Made by a program: the position numbers and the translations under genes | The notes under the pieces: generated by a model | Databases searched by the model: none | The model's input: the letters and a program-made list of their open reading frames with translations, nothing else | What the model was told of the DNA's origin: nothing | Shown here: positions 28,401 through 41,466 of the stretch, piece after piece | Numbering within the stretch: the first letter of the stretch is position 1 | How the letters are laid out: each line of letters opens with the position of its first letter | DNA from: Malacoraja senta | Taxonomy: Eukaryota | Reading direction: 5' to 3' | Assembly: GCA_038087875.1 (NCBI GenBank) | Contig: JAXLNO010000088.1 | Coordinates: 1 to 64,000 of the forward strand | Length of the DNA: 64,000 bases

Positions 28401-31400
28401 GGCGACCTTGCCGGAAATGTGGCGACCTTGCCGGATTTGACGCCACCTTGCCGGATTAATTGCGACTTTGCCGGAAATATGGCGACCTTGCCGGATTTGA
28501 CGCAAACTTGCCGGATTTATGGCGACCTTGACGGAAATATGGCGACCTTGCCCTATTTGTGGCGACCTTGCCGGATTTATGGCGACCTTGCCGGAAATAT
28601 GGCGACCTCGCCGGATTTATGGCGACCTTGCCGGATATATGGCGACCTTGCCGGATTTATTGCGACCTTGCCGCATTTGTGTCGACCTTGCCGGAAATAT
28701 GGTGACCTTGCCGGAAATATGATCGACGTTGCCGGAAATGTGGCGACCCTGCCGGATTTGCGGCGACCTTGCCGGATTTATGGCGACCTTGCCGGGAATG
28801 TGGCGACCTTGCCCGATTTATGGCGACATTCCCGGATAAATGGCGACCTTGCCGGGGATGTGGCGACCTTGCCTTATTTGTGGCGACGTTGCCGGATTAA
28901 TGGCGACCTTGCCGCAAATGTGGCAACCTTGCCGGATTTGTGGCGACCTTGCCGGATTTATGGCGACCTTGTGGGATTTGTGGCGACCTTGCCGGATTTA
29001 TGGCGACCTTACCAGACTTGTGGCGACCTTGTCGGATTCTTGGCTACCTTGCTGGAAATGTGGCGACCTTGCCGGATTTGTGGCGAAGAAGACGGATTTC
29101 AGGCGAACTTGCCGAAATGTTGCGACCTTGCCGGATTTGTGGCGACCTTGCCGGATCTATGGCGACCTTGCAGGAATGTGGCGACCTTGCCGGATTTGAC
29201 GCGACCTTGCCGGACTTGTGGCCACCTTGCCGGATTCATGGCGACCTTGCCGGAAATGTGGCGACCTTGCCGGATTTGCGGCGACGATGGCGGGTTTCTG
29301 GCGACCTTGCCGAAATATTGCGACCTTGCCGGGTTTGACGCGACCTTGCCGAATTTATGGCTACCTTGATTGAAATGTGGCGACCTTGCCGGATTTGCCG
29401 CACCTTGCCGGATTTATGGCGACTTTGCCGGAAATATGGCAATCTTGCCGGATTCGAGGCAAACTTGCCGGGTTTATGGCGACCTTGTCTGGAATATGGC
29501 TACTTTGCCTGATTTGTGGCGACCATGCCGGATTTATGTCGACCTTGCCGGAAATGTAGCGACCTTGCCGGATTTGTGGCGACGATGCCGGATTTCTGGC
29601 GACCTTGCCGCAAATGTGGCGACCTTGCCGGATTTGTGGCGACCTTGCCGGATTTATGGCGACCTTGTGGGATTTGTGGCGACCTTACCGGATTTATGGC
29701 GACCTTGCCGGACTTGTGGCGACCTTGCCTGAAATGGGGCGACCTTGACGGATTTGTGGCGACCTTGACGGATTTATGGCGACCTTGCCGGGGATGTGGC
29801 GACCTTACCGGATTTGTGTCGACCTTGCCGGATTTATGGCGGCATTGCCGGAATTGTGGCGACCTTGCCTGAATTGTGGCGACCTTGCCGGTTTATGGCG
29901 ACTTTGTGGGATTTGGGGCGACCTTGCCGGATTTATGGCGACCTTGCCGGAAATGTGGCGACCTTGCCGGATTCATGGCGACCTTGCCGGAAATCTGGCG
30001 TCCTTGCCGGATTTGTGGCGACGATGCCGGATTTCTGGCGACCTTGCCGAAATGTTGCGAACTTGCCGGATTTGTGGCGACCTTGCCGGATCTATGGCGA
30101 CCTTGCCGGAAATGTGGCGGCCTTGCCGGATTTGACGCGACTTTGCCGGAAATATGGCGAATTTGCCGGATTTATGGCGTCCTAGCCGGATTTATGGCGA
30201 CCGTGCCAGAAATACGACGACCTTGCCGGAGTTATGTCGACTTTGCAGATTTATGGCAAACTTGCCGGATTTATGGCGATTTTGCCGGAACTATGTCGAC
30301 ATCGCCGGAATTATGGCGACCTTGCCCGATTTATGGCGACCTGGCCGGAAATATGGCGACCTCGCCGGATTTATGGCGACCTTGCCGGAAATATAGCGAC
30401 CTTGCCGGATTTATGGCGACCTTGCCGCATTTGTGGCGACCTTGCCGGATTTATGGCGACCTTGCCGGGAATGTGGCGACCTTGCCGGATTTATGGCGAC
30501 ATTCACGGATTAATGGCGACCTTGCCGGAAATGTGGCGACCATGCTGGAAATGTGGCGACCTTGCCGCATTTGTGACGACCCTGCTGGATTTGTGGAGAC
30601 ATCGCCGGAAATATGGCGACCTCGCCGGATTTATGGCGACCTTGCCGGAAATATGGCGACCTTCCCGGATTGTTGGCGACCTTGCTGGATTTATGGCGAC
30701 CTTGTCGGAAATATGGCGACCTCGCCGTATTTAACGCGACCTTGCCGGATTTGCGGCGACCTTGGCGAATTGATGTGGACCTTGCCGGATTTGTGGGGAC
30801 CTTGCCGCATTTATGGCGACCTCGCCGGAAATGTGGCGACGTTGCCGGATTTGAGGCCACCTTGCCGCATTTATGGCGACCTCGCCGGAAATATGGCAAA
30901 CTTGCCGGATTTGAGGCCACTTTGCCAGATTTACGGCGACTACGCTGGAATATGGCGACCTTCCCTGATTTGTGGCCACCCTGCCGTGTTTATGGCGACC
31001 TTGCCGGAAATATGGCTACCTTGCCGGATTTGTCGCCACCTTGCCGCATTTATGGCGACCTCGCCGGAAATGTGGCGACCTTGCCTGATTTATGGCGACC
31101 TTGCCGGATTTATGGCGACCTTGCCGGATTTATGGCAACCTCGTCGGAAATGTGGCGGCCTTGCCGGATTTGAGGCCACCTTGCCGGATTTATGGCGACC
31201 TCGCCGGAAATATGGCGACCTAGCCGGATTTGAGGCCACCTTCCCGGATTTATGGCGACATTTCCGGAAATATGGCGACCTTCCCTGATTTGTGGTCACC
31301 TTGCCGGAATTATGGCGACCATGCCGGGTATATGGCGATCTTGCCGGATTTGTGGCGGCCTTGCCGGATATATGGCGCAATTTCCGGAAATAGGCGATTC

Positions 31401-32070
31401 TGCCGGATTTGTTGCGACCTTGCCGGAACTATGGCGACCTTGCCGGATTGATGGCCACCTCGCCGGACTTATGTCGACCTTGCCGGAACTATGGCGACCT
31501 TGTCGGATTTATGGTCAGCTCGCCGGACATATGGCGACCTTGCCGGAACTATGGCGACCTCGCCGGATTTATGGCCACCTCGCCGAACTTATGGCGACCT
31601 TGCTGGTACTATGGCGACCTTGCCGGATTTATGGCCACCACGCCGGACTTATGGCGACCTTGCCGGAACTGCGGCGACCTTGGCGGATTTATGGTCACCT
31701 CGCCGGACTTATGGCGACATTACCGAAACTATGGCGACCTTGGCGGATTAATGGCCACCTCGCCGGACCTATGGCGACCTTTCCGGAAATATGGCGACGT
31801 CGCCGGATTTATTCCCACCTCGCCGAACTTATGGCGCCCTTGCCGGAAATGTTGCGTCCTCGCCAGATTTATGGGCACGTAGCCGTACTTATGGCGACCA
31901 TGCCGGAACTATGGCGACCTCGGCTGATTTATGGCGATCTTCCCGGACTTATGGCGACCTTGTCGGAAATGTGGCGACCTCGCCTGATTTATGGCGACCT
32001 CGCCGGATTTATGGCGACCTCGCCGGAAATGTGGCGACCTGGCCGGAAATGTGGCAACCTCGCCGGATTT
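4429..32070. repeat. 27.6-kb 20-bp satellite array (sat-A) with higher-order duplications
   Basis: Continuous 20-bp periodicity; recurrent diagnostic variant monomers (GAAGAAGCCGG, short GGACGTGGCGAC monomers, TGTAGACTTTGCAG). Confidence 0.99.
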
Positions 32071-32481
32071 ACATAGAAACATAGAAAATAGGTGCAGGAG
32101 TAGGCAGGAGGAGCCTGCACCGCCATTCAATATGATCATGGCTGATCATCCAACTCAGTATCCTGTACCTGCCTTCTCTCCATACCCGCAGATCCCTTTA
32201 GCCACAAGGGCCTCATCTAACTCCCTCTTAAATATAGACAATGAACTGGCCTCAACTACTTTCTGTGGCAGAGAATTCCAGAGATTCACCACTCCCTGTG
32301 TGAAAAATGGTTTTCTTATCTCGGTCCTAAAAGATTTACCCTTTATCGTTAAACTCTGACCCATTTTCCTGGACTTCCCCAACATCGGGAACAATCTTCC
32401 TGAATCTATCCTGTCCAACTCCTTACGAATGTTATAAGTTTCTATAAGAAACCCCCTCAATCTTCTGAATTCTAGCGAGTA
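32071..32481 (-). mobile_element. 5'-truncated CR1 3' end (subfamily B)
   Basis: Tail (ACATAGAA)n; C-terminal peptide FFTQGVVNLWNSLP...FKRELD (ORF 32155..32460); similar to 39661-40000. Confidence 0.9.
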
Positions 32482-33251
32482 AATTGTAGAGGGGTTAGTA
32501 TATAGAATGGCTTAGAGGATTTAGAGGGGTATAGAGAGAGATGGGTATTTCGATGGGTTTCAAGGGTTTAGAGCTGTTTTGTTGGGGTTTAGAGATGTTC
32601 AGAGGAATTTAGAGGGGGTTAGCGGGCTTTAGATTTATTTATAGCGCTTTAGAGGGATTTAGATGCGTTTAGAAGGGTTTAAGGCGGTTTAGAGTGGTTT
32701 GAAGGGGTGTAAACGGGTTTAGAGGGGTTTAGTGATTATAGTGGTTTAGGGTGTTTTAGAGCGATGAGGTTTAGGGGTGGTTTAAATATGTTTAGAGGGC
32801 TTTAGAGGGGTTCAGAGCGGTTATGAGGGGTTTGGAGGGGTTTCGAGGGCGTTGGAGGGGTTTAGAGGTGATTAGATGGGGTTAACGTGGTTTAGAGGGG
32901 ATTAGATTGGGTTAGAGTGGTTTAGAAATGTTTACAGGGGCTTAGACGTGTTGAGAGGTGTTCAGATGGGCTTAGAGGTGCTCAGAATGGTTTAGATGGC
33001 TTTCTAGGGGTTTCGAATGATTTGGAGGGATTTAGAGGGGTTTGGAAGGGTTTCCAGGGGATTAGAGGGTGTTACAATGGTTCAGGGAGGTTTAGAATGG
33101 TTTGGAGATGTTTAAACTGGTTTAGAGGGCTTTAGACGGGTTTGGCGTGGTGTACATGTGCTTAGAGATGTATAGTGAGTTAGATGGTATTAGAGGGGTT
33201 TCGAGTGGTTTAGAGGGGGTTTCGGGTGTTTCAAAGGCGGTTAGAGGGCTT

Positions 33252-33612
33252 TAAGGCTCTGTCTTACATGTTTGCGGTCATCGGCGGTGAAGCGCGGCTT
33301 CGCCTGTAGAGTGGACCGCACGGCAACGGCGCGGGCGCCGAGCCTATCCACGGGAGCGCCGCACGGATGCTGCGCGGGGGCCGAGTGATTCAAATACGGC
33401 TGGTCCCACGTGCTTGCGGTAAGTAAAAAAAGGGCGGGCCGACTGCGATGACGACGGCCCGCCGCACGTGACTCACCAGCGGCGGCTGTGGCGGCGGCCG
33501 TCCTGATCGCGGCGCTGTAGTGGTGGCTGTGCCTGCGGCCGTACCGCACACGTGCCTCACTGGCGGAGGCTGTGGCAGTGGAAGTTTGACGCACGGCGCT
33601 CCAGCCACACTG
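33252..33612. mobile_element. GC-rich imperfect palindromic insert, MITE/foldback-like
   Basis: Central stem GGCGGGCCG/CGGCCCGCC with nested mirrored motifs CACGTG, GCTGGT/ACCAGC and GCGCCGC/GCGGCGC; begins after TTAA; no matching right TIR seen. Confidence 0.5.
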
Positions 33613-33638
33613 GTTTAAAGCAGTTTAAAGGGGCTTAT

Positions 33639-33809
33639 ATACAAGATACAAGATACAAGATACAAGATACATTAATTTGTCACATGTGCCAGTTGGCACA
33701 GTGAAATGTGTGGTCACCATACTGCCATACAATAAAAATAAAGAACACAACACACGATAGAATTCAACATAAAACATCCCACACAGCAGAATGAAAGTTA
33801 GCCACTGTG
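33639..33809 (-). mobile_element. 3' end of a non-autonomous retroelement with a (TGTATCT)n tail
   Basis: (GATACAA)n on +; reverse complement resembles 36375-36505; TTA on both flanks is a possible TSD. Confidence 0.7.
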
Positions 33810-35761
33810 TTAGGCGTGTTTTGAGGGGTTCAGAGGAGCTTAGATGAGCTTAGAAGGGTTTAAAGGGGATTAGAGGGCTTGAGAGTGGTTTCAAGGTGTA
33901 TGGGGGGCTTTAGAAGGGTTTAGAGCGGTTAAGAGGGGGTTGGAGGGGTTTCGAGGGCGTTGGAGCGGCGTAGAGGGGGCTAGATGGGGTTAACGTGGTT
34001 TAGATGGGTTTAGAGTGGGCTAGAGTGGTTTAGAGGTTTAAAGGGGCTTAGACGTGTTTTGAATGGTTCAGGGGGGCTTAGAGGGGCTTAGAATAGTTTA
34101 GAGGTGTGTAGATGGGTTTCGAAATATTTAGAGGGATTTAGACGGGTTTCGAAGGGTTTAGAGGAGTTTAGAGGTGATTGGAGAGTGTTACAATGGTTTA
34201 GAGGGGGCTTGGAATGGTTTAGAGGGGTTTGGACTTTTAGAGGGCTTTAGAGAGATTTGGAGGGGTGTAGCGGTGTTTAGAGATGTTTAGTGAGTTAGAG
34301 GGTATTAGAGGGTAGAGGGTTTTGGAGTGTTGCAAAGGGGTTGAGGGCTTTAGTGTGCTTTACATGTGTTTAGAGGGGTTTACGTGGGTTTAGAGCTGTT
34401 CAGGGGGGATAGAGAGCTTAAGAGGGGTTTAGAAGTGGTTAGAGGGGGATAGAGGGGTCTGGAGGAGTTTAGATGGGTTTAGAGGGGTTTAGTTGGGTTT
34501 AGCGGGGTTTAGAGGGGGTTGGGGTGTTTGGAGTGGTTTAGAGGGGTTTAGAGGCGGTTGGAGGGCGGTTAGGAGTTTAGTAAGCGATTTAAAAGGACAG
34601 GCGTGTTTTGAGGGGTTCAGATGGGCTTAGAGGGGCTTAGAATGGTTTAAAGGGATTTGGAGGGGTTTTGCGGGGTTTCGAATGATTAAGACGGGTTTAA
34701 AGGTGTTCAGGATGGTTTCGAGGGGTTTAACGTGGATTATAGAGTGTTAGAAAGATTTAGAGCTTTTTCGAGGGGTTTAGAGGGGTTTTCAGGGGTTCAG
34801 AGGGCTTTAGATTTATAGAGGGCTTTCGCGGGGTTTAGAGGAGTTTAGAGTGATTTTGATTGGTGTTGGATGATTTTAGATGGGTTTTGAGGGGGTTTAG
34901 AGGGATTTCGATCTCTAAAGTGGGTTTGAGGGGTTTAGAGGGGTTTTGATGGGTTTAGTGGGGTTTGGAGGTTTAGAGGGCTAGATGAGCTAAGAGGGAC
35001 AGAGGGGTTAGAGGGATTCAGAGGGGCTTAGAGGGTTTTAGAGGGTCTTAGAGGGATTCGACGGGTTTAGAGGCGTTTAGAGGGGTTTAGAGGTGTTTAG
35101 TGGGGCTCAGAGGGGCTTAGAAGTTTTGGAGGGGTTTATATAGAGTTAGGATTTCGATGGGTTACGCGAGATTTAGAGCGGTTTAGAGGTGTTTAGAGTG
35201 CGCTGGAGGGGTTAGAGGGAATTAGAGGTGTCCATAGGAATTTAGAGGGGTTTAGAGGGCTTTAGATGTGTTTATAGTGCTTTAGAGGGGCTTAGAGGGG
35301 TTTAGAGGGATTTAGAGTGGGTTGGAGGGGTGTAGAAGTGTTTAGAGGGGGTATAGTGGGCTTAGAGGGGTTTAGAGGGGTTTTAAGGCGTTTAGAGGGG
35401 TTTAGAGGTGTTTAGAGATGTTTAGAGTGGTTTAGAGGGGTTTAGAGTGGTTGAGAAGTTGATAGAGGGGGTGAGAGGTTTTAAGAGGGGTTTAGAAGTG
35501 GGCAGAGGGTGTAAGAGGAAGTTAGAAGGGTTTAGATAGATTCAGAGGGCTTCAGAGGGGTTCAGCGGGGTGTACATTGTGTTGGAATGGTTTAGAGGGA
35601 GCTAGAGGGCGTTAGAGTGGTTTGAAAGGGCTTAGAGTGCATTAGAGGGAGTTTGAGGGATTTCCATGTGTTTAGAGGTTTTGAAAGGGATTTATTATTT
35701 TGGAGGGGTTTAGAGGGGTTTGGATGTGTTCAGAGGGATTTAGTGGGCTTAGAGGGCTTTA

Positions 35762-36505
35762 GATCTATCTTTTTATTTCATTTTTGTCTAGTTAAATGTA
35801 GTTGTTTGTGTTTTTTATATTGTTTTTAACTGTGTATATGTGGGGGGCGGGGGAAACTTTAAAAAATCTCTTCCCTGTATGGAGGACCCGACCTTTCTCT
35901 GTCGGGTCTCCGTTGTCGTTGGGGCCTAGCACCGTGGAGCCATCGTGTAGCTGGCCGAGTTCGGAGCGTGGAGAGCTGCGGTGACGCGCGGTTGTGACCC
36001 GACCCCGGAGATACGGAGGCTTCAGCCGCGGGTCTGGTGGACGGAGACATCGGGACCTCGCGGGTCCCTGGTGGGAGACCGCTTTTCGGGGCTTCTGCAA
36101 CGGCAACTTCTCCCGCCCGAGTTGCGGCGTTGAAGATGAACTGGAGCGGGGTCTTCCATCGCCCGGCGCAACTTTGGTGGCCGCGGGACTTGCTGGCGCT
36201 ACCGAGGGCTCCAACATCAAGACCCGGAGCACGGCCTTGCATCGCCCGGCGCGTCTTTAATGGCCGCGGGACTTATTTTCCATCGCCCGACGGGGGCTCT
36301 GACTGACATCGGGAGGAGAAAGGGGAGTGCAGGGGAGAGATAAGACTTTGCCTTCCATCACAGCGTGGAGGAGATTCGCTGTGATGGATGTTTGTGTAAA
36401 TTGTGTTGTGTCTTGGTTCTTTTTACTTGTTTGTATGGCTGCAGAGACCATATTTGAGGTTCAAATGACAATAAATGGTATTGTATTGTATTGTATTGTA
36501 TTGTA
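35762..36505 (+). mobile_element. GC-rich non-autonomous retroelement with TGACAATAAA plus a (TTGTA)n tail
   Basis: AT-rich head, GC-rich body, TGCCTTCCATCACAG core, Rex1-like 3' signal, probable TAGAT TSD. Confidence 0.7.
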
Positions 36506-36594
36506 GATGTGTTTAGGTGCTTTAGATGGTATTTAGAGCGGTTTGGAGGGGTTAGAGGGTTGTTGAGTGGTTTCGAGGGATGTAGAGGGGTTTA

Positions 36595-37038
36595 GATATA
36601 TATACATTTAGATATACATTTCAAGATCCTCATCTATGTCTACAAAGCCCTCAATGGGCTTGCCCCCACCTACATTAAAAGTTTTCTCGCCCACCACTCC
36701 ACCTCCAGGTCCCTCAGATCGGCCGACGGGGTTGCTGAATATCCCGCGGTCTAGTCATAAGCTCAGGGGCGACCGCGCCTTTGCGGTTGTATCTCCTAGA
36801 CTGTGGAACAGCATCCCCCTTCCCATCAGAACTGGCCGCTCCATCGACTCCTTTAAGTCAAGACTAAAAACGTATCTATACACCCTAGCCTTTCTTGACT
36901 TCCTCTGAGCGAGGGCTATATGTATATATGTAGATAATTTGTTTGTTTATACTATTCGTATAACAAATGTAAAGCACTTTGGCCAACGAGAGTTGTTTTT
37001 TAAATGTGCTATATAAATAAATGTGACGAATGTGTGAC
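36595..37038 (+). mobile_element. 5'-truncated L2-clade LINE 3' end
   Basis: FKILIYVYKALNGLAP and GDRAFAVVSPRLWNSIP...FKSRLKTYL; L2-type tail TGTAAAGCACTTTG...GTGCTATATAAATAAA. Confidence 0.85.
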
Positions 37039-37771
37039 TTAGATGGGTTTCGGGTTTTGGGGGGGGGGGTGATGTGTTTAGAGTGGGTTAGTGGGGTTTA
37101 AAGGAGTTTAGAGGGGGTTTGATGGGTTTAGAGGGGTTTGGAGGTTTAGGCTAGATGAGCTTCGAGGGACAGAGGGTTAGAGGGATTTAGAGGGGCTTAG
37201 AGGGTTTACAGGGGTTTAGAGGGGATTGGATGGCTTCGAGTGGTTTAGAGAGAGTTAGAGGGATATGAAGGGATGTAGAGCTGGTTAGAGAGGTATGGTG
37301 GGATTAGAGGGTTGTAGAGGGATTTCGAGAGATTTAGAGGGGTTTAGATGGGTTTCGGGTGGTTTTGGGGGGTTCGATGTGTTTAGAGTGGGTTAGAGGG
37401 GTGTAGAGGGTTCAGAGAGGTATTTATGGGTGTAGGGGTTGAGGTTTAGAGGGCTAGATGTGCTTAGAGGTACAGAGGTGTTAGAGGGATATAGAGGGGC
37501 TTAGAGGGTTTAGAGGTTAGAGGGGCTTGGAAGGTTTCGAGGGGTTTAGAGAGAATTAGAGGGATTTCGATGGGTTTCAAGCGGTTTAGAGCTTAGAGGG
37601 ATTTAGACTGCTTTGGAGGGGCTTAGAGGTGTTCAGAGGAGTTGAGATGAGTAGCGGGCTTTAGAGTTATTTTTAGCGCTTTAGAGTGGTTTTGAGAGGT
37701 TTAGGGGGATTTAGAGTGGTTTGGAGGGGTGTAGAGGGGTTTAGAGGGGTTTAGTGGTGTTTATAGTGGTT

Positions 37772-39548
37772 TAACCGTATAACCATATAACGATATAACA
37801 ATTACAGCACGGAAACAGGCCATCTCGGCCCTTCTAGTTCGTTCCGAACACTTATTCTCCCCTATTCCCATCTACCTGCACTCAGACGATAACCCTCCAT
37901 TCCTTTCCCGTCCATATACCTATCCAATCTATTTTTAAATGATAAAATCGAACCAGCCTCCACCACTTCCACTGGAAGCTCACTCCATACAGCTACCACT
38001 CTCAAAGTAAAGTGGTTCCCACTCATGTTACCCCTAAACTTCTGTCCCTTAACTCTCAAATCATGTCCTCTTGTTTGGATCTTCCCTACTCTCAATGGAA
38101 AAAGCTTATCCACTTTAACTCTGTCTATCCCTCTCATCCTTTTAAAGACCTCTATCAAGTCCCCCCTTAACCTTCTGCGCTCCAATGAATAAACTAACTT
38201 GTTCAACCTTTCTCTGTACGTTAGTTTCTGAAATCCAGGCAAAATTCTAGTAAATCTCCTCTGTACTCTCTCTATTTTGCTGACATCTTTCCTATAATTT
38301 GGCGACCAAAATTGTACACCATACTCCAGAATTGGCCTCACCAATACCTTGTACAAGTTTAACATTACATCCCAACTTCTATACTCAATGATCTGATTTA
38401 TAAAGGCCAGCACACCAAAAGCTTTCTTTACCACCCAATCTACATGAGATTCCACCTTCAGGGAACTTTGCACAGTTATTCCTAGATCCCTCTGTTCAAC
38501 TGCATTCCTCAATTCGTTACCATTTACCATGTACGTCCTATTTTGATGTGTCCTGCCAAGATGTCGCACCTCACACTTATCAGCATTAAACTCCATCTGC
38601 CATCTTTCAGCCCACTCTTCCAAATGGCCTAAATCTCTCTGTAGACTTTGAATATCTACTTCATTTTCCACAACACCACCTTTCTTAGTATCATCTGCAT
38701 ACTTACTAATCCAATTTACCAAACCATCAACCAGATCGTTGGTGTATATGACAAACAACAGTGGACCCAACACAGATCCATGAGGCACCCCACTAGTCAC
38801 CGGCCTCCAACCTAACAAACAACCATCCACCATTACTCTCTGGCATCTCCCATTCAGCCACTGTTGAATCCATCTTGCTATTCCACCATTAATACCCAAC
38901 AATTGAACCTTCTTAACCAACCTTCCATGTGGAACCTTGTCAAATGCCATACTGAAATCCATATAGACAACATCCACCGCTTAATCCTCATCAATTTCCC
39001 TAGTAACCTCTTCAAAAATTCAAGAAGATTAGTCAAACATTACCTTCCAGGCACAAATCCACGTTCACTGTTCCTAATCAGACCCCGTTTATCCAGATGC
39101 TTATATATGTTATCTCTAATTATCCTTTCTATTAATTTGCCCCCACTGATGTCAAACTAACAGGTCTATAATTGCCAGGTTTACTCTTAGAACCCTTTTT
39201 AAACAATGGAACAATATGCGCAGTACGCCAATCCTCCGGCACCATTCTCGTTTCTAATGACATTTGAAATATTTATGTCATAGCCCCTGCTATTTCTACA
39301 CTAATTTCCCTCAATATCCTAGGGAATATCCTATCAGCACCTGGAGACTTATCCACTTTTATATGTTTCATAAGTGTCTGTACTTCCGCTTATTTGAATC
39401 TAATAGTTTCCATAGCTACTCTACTTGTTTCCCTTACCTCACATAACTCAATATCATTCTCCTTGGTGAATACCGATGAAAATCAATTGTTCAATATCTC
39501 CCCCATCTCTTTTGGATTTTCAGAAAGCTGTCCACTCTGACTCTCTAA
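37772..39548 (-). mobile_element. 5'-truncated CR1 (subfamily A), RT pseudogene
   Basis: Colinear with 239-2064; same (ATAACCAT)-type tail; RT ORF 37862..38977 with YADD. Confidence 0.95.
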
Positions 39549-39660
39549 GGATTTAGGTTTAGGGTGTTTTAGAAGGATAGAGAGCTTTAGAATGGTTTTG
39601 AAGGGGTTTAGAGGGGGGTTGAGGGGGGTCGAGTGCTTTAGAAGAGTTTAGAGTAGGTTA

Positions 39661-41466
39661 GATAGATACATAGATACATAGAAAATAGGTGCAGGAGTAG
39701 ACTATTCGGCCCTTCGTGCCTGCACCGCCATTCAATATGATCATGGCTGAGCATCCAACTCAGTATCCCGTACCTGCCTTCTCTCCATACCCCCTGATCC
39801 CTTTAGCCACAAGGGCCCCATCTAACTCCCTCTTAAATATTGCCAATGAACTGGCCTCAACTACCCTCTGTGGCAGAGAGTTCCAGAGATTCACCACTCT
39901 CTGTGTGAAAAAGTTTTTTCTCATCTCGGTCTTAAAGGAATTCCCCCTTATGCTTAAGCTGTGACCCCTTGTCCTGGGCTTCCCCAACATCGGGAACAAT
40001 ACTCCAGGTGTGGTCTCACCAAGACCCTGTACAACTGCAGTAGAACCTCCCTGCTCCTATACTCAAATCGTTTTGCTATGAAAGCTAACATACCATTCGC
40101 TTTCTTCACTGCCTGCTGCACCTGCATGCCTACTTTCAATGACTGGTGTACCATGACACCGAGGTCTCGTTGCATCTCCCCTTTTCCTAATCGGCTACCA
40201 TTTAGATAATAGTCTGCTTTCCTGTTTTTTCCACCAAAGTGGATAACCTCACATTTATCCACATTATACTGCATCTGCCAAACATTTGCTCACTCACCCA
40301 GCCTATCCAAGTCACCTTGCTGTCTCCTAGCATCCTCCTCACAGCTAACACTGTCCCCCAGCTTAGTGTCATCCGCAAACTTGGAGATGTTGCCTTCAAT
40401 TCCCTCATCCAGGTCATTAATATAAATTGTAAATAGCTGGGGTCCCAGCACCGAGCCTTGCGGTACCCCACTAGTCACTGCCTGCCATTGTGAAAAGGAC
40501 CCGTTTACTCCTACTGTTTGCTTCCTGTTTGCCAGCCAGTTCTCTATCCACATCAATACTGAACCCCCAATACCGTGTGCTTTAAGTTTGTATACTAATC
40601 TCTTATGTGGGACCTTGTTGAATGCCTTCTGAAATTCCAGATACAACGCATCCACTGGTTCTCCCCTATCCACTCTACTAGTAACATCCTCGAAAAATTC
40701 TATAAGATTCGTCAGACATGATTTACCTTTCGTAAATCCATGCTGACTTTGTCCAATGATTTCACCACTTTCCAAATGTGCTGCTATCCCATCTTTAATA
40801 ACTGAATCTATCAGTTTCCCCACTACCTATGTTAGACAAACTGGTCTGTAATTCCCCGATTTCTCTCTCCCTCCGTTCTTAAAAAGTGGGGTTACGTTTG
40901 CTACCCTCCAATCCTCAGGAACTACTCCAGAATCTAAAGAGTTTTGAAAAATTATCACTACTGCATCCACTATTTCTGGAGCGACTTCCTTAAGTACTCT
41001 GGGATGCAGCCTATCTGGCCCTGGTAAATTACCGGCCTTTAATCCATTCCAATTTACCCAATACCACTTCCCGACTAACCTGGATTTCACTCAGTTCCTC
41101 CATCTCCTTTGACCCGCGGCTTCCTGCTATTCCGGCAGATTATTTATGTCTTCCTTAGTGAAGACAGAACCAAAGTAGTTATTCAATTGGTCCGCCATAT
41201 CCTTGTTCCCATGATCAATTCATCTGTTTCTGACTGCAAGGGACCTACATTTGTTTTAACTAATCTCTTTTTCTTCACATATCTATAACAATTTTGCAGT
41301 CAGTTTTTATGTTCCCTGCCAGTTTTCTTTCATAATCTATTTTCCCTTTTCTAATTAAGCCCTTTGTCCTCCTCTGCTGGTCTCTGAATTTCTCCCAGTC
41401 CTCTGGTATGCTGCTTTTTTCTGGCTAATTTGTACGCATCATCTTTTGTTTTGATACTATCCCTCC
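39661..41466 (-). mobile_element. 5'-truncated CR1 (subfamily B) with frameshifts, stops and an internal deletion
   Basis: Tail GATAGATACATAGATACATAG; RT fragments with [14 protein letters not shown] and YRPV; deletion junction at ~39995-40000. Confidence 0.93.

Noticed and set aside
4429..32070. CRISPR-like or bacterial REP-like repeat array
   Set aside because: No unique spacers, no cas genes, and a vertebrate TE context
4490..32076. Numerous long ORFs (up to 523 aa) repeating MATLPDLWRPCRIYGDLAG
   Set aside because: The 20-bp unit lacks + strand stop codons and yields the same 20-aa peptide in all three frames; 1-2 bp indels are frequent, so no frame is preserved
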